Origin: an uncultured Acetobacteraceae bacterium
GTDB taxonomy: Bacteria > Pseudomonadota > Alphaproteobacteria > Acetobacterales > Acetobacteraceae
Direction of reading: 5' to 3'
NCBI GenBank assembly: GCA_964252005.1
Contig: CAXULX010000006.1
Coordinates: 24,735 to 88,734 of the forward strand
DNA length: 64,000 bases
This document shows, piece by piece, positions 58,753 through 64,000 of the stretch (positions are counted from its first letter, which is position 1; each line of letters begins with the position of its first letter). The notes under the pieces were generated by a model. That model was not told the DNA's origin, ran no database searches, and saw only the letters and a list, made by a program, of their open reading frames with translations. Made by a program: the position numbers and the translations under genes.

Positions 58753-59632
58753 AACGCCGCCGAACCAGCAGCCGCGCCTCCGACAGCAGCGCGGCGGCCA
58801 GGATCGGCATCGGCTCCCGGTGCGGCAGCACCAGGCCGACCTCATAGGTCGCGTCCGGCTCGGTGATGGGGATCCGGCGCAGGTGCGGCGCCAGCATCTC
58901 GGCCACCCGCTCGGGCAGCACCGTCGCCCAGTGCCCGGTCAGCACGTGCGCGAGCAGCGTCACCTGGGAGTTGCTTTCCAGCGTCGCCCGCGGCTCCGCC
59001 CCGGCGCCGCGCATCAGGCGGTCCATGATGCGCCGGTTCTGCATGTCCGGCGTCAGCAGGCACAGGCGCACCCGGTTCAGCTCGGCCCACGTCACGCTGT
59101 CCCGGTCGCCCAACGCGCCGTCCGCCGCGGTGACCAGGCGGTAGCGTTCGGTATAGAGCGGCACCGCCTGCACCCGGCCCACCGCCTCGTTGTCGAGGTA
59201 GGTGATGCCGGCGTCCACCTCCAGGTCGTCCAGCATCCGCAGGATCGTGGCGGAGGAGTGGGACAGGACCGTGAAATGCAGCGCCGGGTGCCGGGCGAGG
59301 CACGGCCCGGTCAGCCAGGGCACCATCGCCAGCGCCGTGGGGATCACCGCGATCCGCAGATGGCCCGACAGCCCGGCCCGCATGGCCTGCAGGTCCTGGC
59401 GCATGGCGGACACGTCGCCGACCAGGCGCCGCGCCCATTCCAGCACCTTCTCGCCCTCCGGCGTCAGGCCGTGGAAGCGGGAGCTGCGGTGGACCAGCAT
59501 GACGCCCAGCTCCTCCTCAAGCTGCTTGATCCCCGCCGAAAGGGTCGGCTGCGCCACGCCGCACGCCTCCGCCGCGCGGCGGAAGCTGCGGTCCCGCGCC
59601 ACGGCGACCAGGAAGGCGAGCTTGTCGATCAT
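58751..59632 (-). CDS. LysR family regulator, likely controlling the fds operon
   Basis: SFRRAAEACGVAQPTLSAGIKQLEEELG HTH; immediately upstream of fdsG. Confidence 0.92.
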   Translation of the reverse strand: MIDKLAFLVAVARDRSFRRAAEACGVAQPTLSAGIKQLEEELGVMLVHRSSRFHGLTPEGEKVLEWARRLVGDVSAMRQDLQAMRAGLSGHLRIAVIPTALAMVPWLTGPCLARHPALHFTVLSHSSATILRMLDDLEVDAGITYLDNEAVGRVQAVPLYTERYRLVTAADGALGDRDSVTWAELNRVRLCLLTPDMQNRRIMDRLMRGAGAEPRATLESNSQVTLLAHVLTGHWATVLPERVAEMLAPHLRRIPITEPDATYEVGLVLPHREPMPILAAALLSEARLLVRRR

Positions 59633-59660
59633 CGGGGCCTATGAAGCAGCCCGGCGCGGC

Positions 59661-60818
59661 TCAGGGGGCGTCCCCCAGCACGCGGTAGGCGCCGTCGCGG
59701 ATTTCGACCATCACCTGGCTGTCCGCCTGGGCGCCGCTGTGATCCCTGGGGGACAGGCTGAACACGGCCTCGGACGCCGCCAGGCCCTGCACCGCCTCCA
59801 TCCCGTCGCGGAGCGCCGTGCGGAAGGCGGGCGTGCCGGGCGGGCCGGCCGCCAGGGCGCCCGGCACTGCCGCCTGGATCAGCAGGAACGCATCCCACAG
59901 CGTGGCGCCGAACAGGCTGCGGCTGCCGGGGCCGTACTGCCCCTCGTAGGCCCGCACGTAGGCGAGCGCCGGGGCCTTCACCGGGTTCCCGTCCGGAAGC
60001 TGCTCGGCGACCAGGACAGGGACGGCGCTGAACATCGTGCCGTCCAGTGCCTTGCCGCCGATCCGCAGCGTGTCCGGCCCGGCGATCCCCTGCACGGCGT
60101 AGATCGGCCCGGCGTAGCCGCGCGCGCGCAATTCCAGGATCGGCATCGCCGCCGGGGCGCTGCTGGCGGCGACGAACACCGCGTCGGGCCGGGCCGCCAG
60201 CAGCCGGAGCACCTGCGGCACGACGCTCTGGTCGCCGGGGTTGAAGCGGAGTTCGGCGACCGTCCGGATGCCGCGCGACGACGCCTCCGCGTTCAGGGCC
60301 GCGATGTAGCCGTCGCCGAGGCTGGTGGCGAACCCGATATGGCCCAGCGTCTTGCGGCCGGCCTGCGCCATGTGGCGGGCCAGCTGCGCCGCCGCGACCC
60401 GCTCGCCGGGGATCGGCTTGAACGCCCAGCGCCGGGTGCCCTCCGGCGGCTCGATCACCGCACTCGACCCGGCCAGGCTGATGGCCGGCACGCCCGCGGC
60501 GGCGATCACGTCCAGGATGGCGATGGAGGCCGGCGTCGCGGAGGCGCCCAGGATGGCATCGACATGCTCCTCGTCGATCATCTTGCGGGCCGCGCGCACG
60601 GCGGTCGTCGTGTCGGTCGCGTCGTCCAGCACCACCCAGCGCACCGCCTGGCCGGCGATGGCCTTCGGCAGCAGGCCGATGGTGTTGCGCTCGGGGATGC
60701 CCAGCCCGGCGCCTGGTCCGGTGAGGGACAGCAGCGCGCCCAGGGTGACGTCCGCCCGCGCCGGGGCGGCGCCCGTGGCCAGCAGGGCGATCAGCAGGGG
60801 TGCCAACGTGCGACGCAT
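59661..60818 (-). CDS. Branched-chain amino acid-type ABC substrate-binding protein
   Basis: Signal peptide MRRTLAPLL; SLTGPGAGLG, LDDATD; GAGGA RBS. Confidence 0.88.
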   Translation of the reverse strand: MRRTLAPLLIALLATGAAPARADVTLGALLSLTGPGAGLGIPERNTIGLLPKAIAGQAVRWVVLDDATDTTTAVRAARKMIDEEHVDAILGASATPASIAILDVIAAAGVPAISLAGSSAVIEPPEGTRRWAFKPIPGERVAAAQLARHMAQAGRKTLGHIGFATSLGDGYIAALNAEASSRGIRTVAELRFNPGDQSVVPQVLRLLAARPDAVFVAASSAPAAMPILELRARGYAGPIYAVQGIAGPDTLRIGGKALDGTMFSAVPVLVAEQLPDGNPVKAPALAYVRAYEGQYGPGSRSLFGATLWDAFLLIQAAVPGALAAGPPGTPAFRTALRDGMEAVQGLAASEAVFSLSPRDHSGAQADSQVMVEIRDGAYRVLGDAP

Positions 60819-61040
60819 TGTCCATGTCCTCGGGGTCAGCGGAGGCTGATGTCCTGGCGGCGATCCGCCGGCGAACCCGTGTGGCACGGGTCCGGGCATC
60901 GGCACAATGACCCGCGTCCGGTCCGGAACGGGCGGCGGAACCGGCCAGCACGGCGTGACGGCGAAACCGGAGCCATCCCACCTCGCCACCCGGCTCAATG
61001 GGGGTTAACCTGGCCCGGGCGGACCGGACGGGAGGGCGGC

Positions 61041-61955
61041 GTGGCGGCACAGGATTACGAGACGCTGGACGGGCGGTTCGCCCGGCTGTTCAATTCGACC
61101 GCCCATGTGCAGAAGCTCTGCACGGGGTGCCAATGGGCCGAGGGGCCGGCCTACTTCCCCGCCAGCCGCGGCCTCGTATGGTCCGACATCCCGGCCAACC
61201 GGCTGATGCGCTACGACGAGGGCACCGGGCAGGCCGGACCGTTCAGGCAGCCGTCCGGGAACGCCAATGGCAACACGGTGGACCGGCAGGGCCGGCTCGT
61301 GACCTGCGAGCACGGCGGGCGCCGCGTCAGCCGGACCGAGCATGACGGCAGCATCGTCGCCTTGGCCGAACGCTACGACGGCAAGCGGTTGAACAGCCCG
61401 AACGACGTCGTCGTGAAAAGCGACGGGAGCATCTGGTTCACCGATCCGACCTACGGCATCGACAGCGACTACGAGGGCGACCGCGCCGAGAGCGAGATCG
61501 GCGCGTCCTACGTCTACCGCATCGACCCGGCGACCGGCGCGCTCACCGTGGTCGCGGACGACTTCGTGAAGCCGAACGGGCTGGCCTTCTCGCCCGACGA
61601 GCGGCTGCTCTACATCGTGGACACCGGGCGCACCCACGGCGCGCACAACCCGGCGCACATGCGGGTGTTCGACGTGCGGGATGACGGAACGCTCGCGAAC
61701 GGGCGGGAGTTCGCCGCCTGCACCGCCGGGCTGTTCGACGGGTTCCGCCTGGACGAGGCCGGCCGCATCTGGACCAGCGCCGCGGACGGCGTGCATTGCT
61801 ACGACCCCGACGGCACGCTGATCGGCAAGGTCCGGGTGCCGGAAGTGGTGGCCAACGTGTGCTTCGGCGGCCCCAAGCGGAACCGCCTGTATGTCTGCGC
61901 CACGACCTCGCTCTATGCGGTGTACCTGTTCACCAACGGCGCGCGGACGTTCTGA
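61041..61955 (+). CDS. SMP-30/gluconolactonase family protein
   Basis: WAEGP, SDIP, NSPND, FTDP, PNGLAFSPD, DGFRLD. Confidence 0.93.
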   Translation: MAAQDYETLDGRFARLFNSTAHVQKLCTGCQWAEGPAYFPASRGLVWSDIPANRLMRYDEGTGQAGPFRQPSGNANGNTVDRQGRLVTCEHGGRRVSRTEHDGSIVALAERYDGKRLNSPNDVVVKSDGSIWFTDPTYGIDSDYEGDRAESEIGASYVYRIDPATGALTVVADDFVKPNGLAFSPDERLLYIVDTGRTHGAHNPAHMRVFDVRDDGTLANGREFAACTAGLFDGFRLDEAGRIWTSAADGVHCYDPDGTLIGKVRVPEVVANVCFGGPKRNRLYVCATTSLYAVYLFTNGARTF

Positions 61956-61959
61956 CGGG

Positions 61960-62958
61960 TCAGGTCTCGCCAGCCTCTCGGCCATACAGCAGGAGCAGCG
62001 CCAGGATGATGACGCCGTAGATGATGCTGCGGCCGTATTCCGGCATGTTCAGCGCCATCAGCACGCTGACCAACGTCACCAGGCTGATGGTGCCGGCGGC
62101 GACGCCGACGTAGTGGCCGCGCCCGCCGAGGATCGCGACGCCCCCGATCACGACGGCCGCGATGGACTGGAACAAGTACGGGTCGCCCATGCCGAGCGCC
62201 GCCTGCCCGCCGAAGCCGACCAGCATGACGCCCGCAAGCGCCGAGAACAGCCCGCTCAGCGCATAGAGCGCCACGGTGACGGCGGACACGTTGATGCCGG
62301 AGAGGTAGCTGGCCCGCGCGCTCGTGCCGATGGCGTAGGTGCGCCGTCCGAACCCGGTCAGGCTGAGCACGGCCGACACCGCCGCCGCGACGGTGACCCA
62401 CAGCCAGAGCGCCGCGGGCACCCCGAGCAGCGAGGCGTGCACCGCCGCCCGAACGACCGGCGGCGCATAGGACGCGCAAGATCCGCAGGTCATGCCGCCG
62501 CTGAGGCCGAGCGTCAGGCCCTGCATGATGCCGTTCATCGCGAGCGTCATCACGACGGCCGGCACGTTGAACAGGGCGACGCCCACGCCGCTCAGCGCGC
62601 CCACGCCCAGGCCCATGCCCAATGTGAGCGCGAGCGCATAGGCCGCCCGCCCGTCCTGGCCCAGGGAGGACGTGACCATCAGGATCGCCGCCGCGTTCAG
62701 CACCCAGGGCACCGACAGGTCGATGCCGCCGATCAGCACCACGAACATCTGCCCGGCCGCCACCAGGCCCACGAAGGACGCGACGACGAGCACGGCGGAG
62801 ACGCTGCCGGGACTGGCGAAGCCCGGCCGGACCAGCGCGCCCAGCGCGAACAGCAGCACGGCCGCGAGCGCCGCGTAGGCGATGCGCCGCCGGTCCTGGG
62901 TGAGGACGGCGGACACGCGCCCGCCCAGGCCGGACTCGGTGTCGGGATCGGCCATCAT
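61960..62958 (-). CDS. Sugar (ribose-type) ABC permease
   Basis: GGIDLSV, FGRRTYAIG, SIAAVVIGG. Confidence 0.9.
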   Translation of the reverse strand: MMADPDTESGLGGRVSAVLTQDRRRIAYAALAAVLLFALGALVRPGFASPGSVSAVLVVASFVGLVAAGQMFVVLIGGIDLSVPWVLNAAAILMVTSSLGQDGRAAYALALTLGMGLGVGALSGVGVALFNVPAVVMTLAMNGIMQGLTLGLSGGMTCGSCASYAPPVVRAAVHASLLGVPAALWLWVTVAAAVSAVLSLTGFGRRTYAIGTSARASYLSGINVSAVTVALYALSGLFSALAGVMLVGFGGQAALGMGDPYLFQSIAAVVIGGVAILGGRGHYVGVAAGTISLVTLVSVLMALNMPEYGRSIIYGVIILALLLLYGREAGET

Positions 62959-63944
62959 CGCCTCCGCAGCAGCCGGCCGATCAGGCTGGCCAGGAGCACG
63001 GCCGCGACCAGGAACAGCCCTTCGTAGAAGGATTGGTACAAGGGATCGATGTGGGCGAAGAACAGGATGTTCACGATCATGGTGGTGACGAAGGCGCCCA
63101 TGATCGCGCCGACCGCGCTGCCGCGCCCGCCGAACAGGCTCACGCCGCCCAGCACCACGGCGACGATGGAGGCCAGGGTGTAGCCGTTGCCCGTCGTGGC
63201 GTCGCCCGCCGTCGCGTTGGCGGCGAGGAACAGCCCGGCCATGGCGGAGCAGGTCCCGGCCAGCATGTAGGTCAGCACCTTGGTCCGCCGGGGGTCGATG
63301 CCGTTCGCCGCCGCCGCGCCCTCGTCGTTGCCGATGGCATACAGGCCGACACCCAGCCGGGTCCGCCGCAGCCCTCGCCACAGCAGCGCCAGCAGCGCCA
63401 CGTAGGCCAGGGACGCCGGGCCGGACGGGTTGGCCAGCGCCGCGGTGTAGCCCTCCGGCACCTGCCCGCCCGGCTGCGGCAGCACCCGGATCGCGAGGCC
63501 CTGGAAGATGGACAGGGTCGCGAGGGTCACCAGGATCGGCTGCAGCCGCCCGTACGCCACCAGCACGCCGTTGAGCAGCCCGCACGCCGCGCCGATCAGC
63601 AGCACCAGCAGCGAGCCGCCGACCATGCCGGCCACCGTGTCGCCCAGGCTGATGGCAGCGACCGCGTTCGTGAGGTCGAGGACGCCGCCCACGGACAGGT
63701 CGATGCCGCGGGTCAGCACCACCAGCGTCTGCGCCACGGCCGCGAGCACGAGGGGCATGGTGTTGTTGACGGTGGACGTCAGCTCGAACTCGCCAGGCAG
63801 CGTGCCCTGCGCGCCGTAGAAGATGCCGCAGTAGACCGCGAGGCTCGACGCGAGCATGGCGGCGGCCAGCACGAAGCCCAGGTTCTGCGCAAGGGCATGG
63901 GCGAGCCGTGACCGCCGGGCGCGGACGGGCGGGGCCGCCGTCAT
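62955..63944 (-). CDS. Sugar (ribose-type) ABC permease
   Basis: RGIDLSVG, YAIGND, SIVAVVLGGVSLFGGRG. Confidence 0.9.
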   Translation of the reverse strand: MTAAPPVRARRSRLAHALAQNLGFVLAAAMLASSLAVYCGIFYGAQGTLPGEFELTSTVNNTMPLVLAAVAQTLVVLTRGIDLSVGGVLDLTNAVAAISLGDTVAGMVGGSLLVLLIGAACGLLNGVLVAYGRLQPILVTLATLSIFQGLAIRVLPQPGGQVPEGYTAALANPSGPASLAYVALLALLWRGLRRTRLGVGLYAIGNDEGAAAANGIDPRRTKVLTYMLAGTCSAMAGLFLAANATAGDATTGNGYTLASIVAVVLGGVSLFGGRGSAVGAIMGAFVTTMIVNILFFAHIDPLYQSFYEGLFLVAAVLLASLIGRLLRRR

Positions 63945-63952
63945 CTGGACAT

Positions 63953-64000
63953 GTAGGGCGCATAAGCGGAGCGCCATGCGCCGACGGGCGGTGCCAACGA
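63953..64000. repeat. GTAG-type REP, family 1 (runs off window end)
   Basis: 63953-63982 identical to 30704-30733; spacer shares cggtgccaac. Confidence 0.88.

Noticed and set aside
59202-61040. Apparent 917-aa gluconolactonase fusion
   Set aside because: The upstream part is antisense to the LysR and binding-protein genes; the real start is GTG 61041 after GGAGG.

Overview
Very GC-rich bacterial DNA, densely coding, with about 58 real CDS. Gene content suggests an alphaproteobacterium, possibly Acetobacteraceae/Roseomonas-like (inference only). I saw no rRNA, tRNA, CRISPR array or transposase. The left half is mixed metabolism and transport: the end of an oxidoreductase/DegT aminotransferase/GT-like operon, an orphan TAXI binding protein, efflux pumps, a lipid kinase/PAP2 pair, GMC oxidoreductase, actP, a hybrid histidine kinase and split phn genes. 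The right half is an organic-nitrogen/C1 neighbourhood: a CbbQ/CbbO-type AAA+/vWA pair with no Rubisco or NO reductase nearby, facing aliphatic amidase amiE and its urt-like ABC importer; a cbtBA cobalt block; N-methylglutamate pathway genes mgsABC-gmaS followed by a sigma54-type promoter, cysteine hydrolase and amidase; and NAD-linked formate dehydrogenase fdsGBAD with a LysR regulator. Two GTAG-type REP-doublet families are present. One is nested in a 126-bp MITE-like element (imperfect TIRs, TAA duplication), and two inverted copies of it bracket the 15-kb amide/methylamine block. All protein calls are by motif recognition from memory, not database searches.
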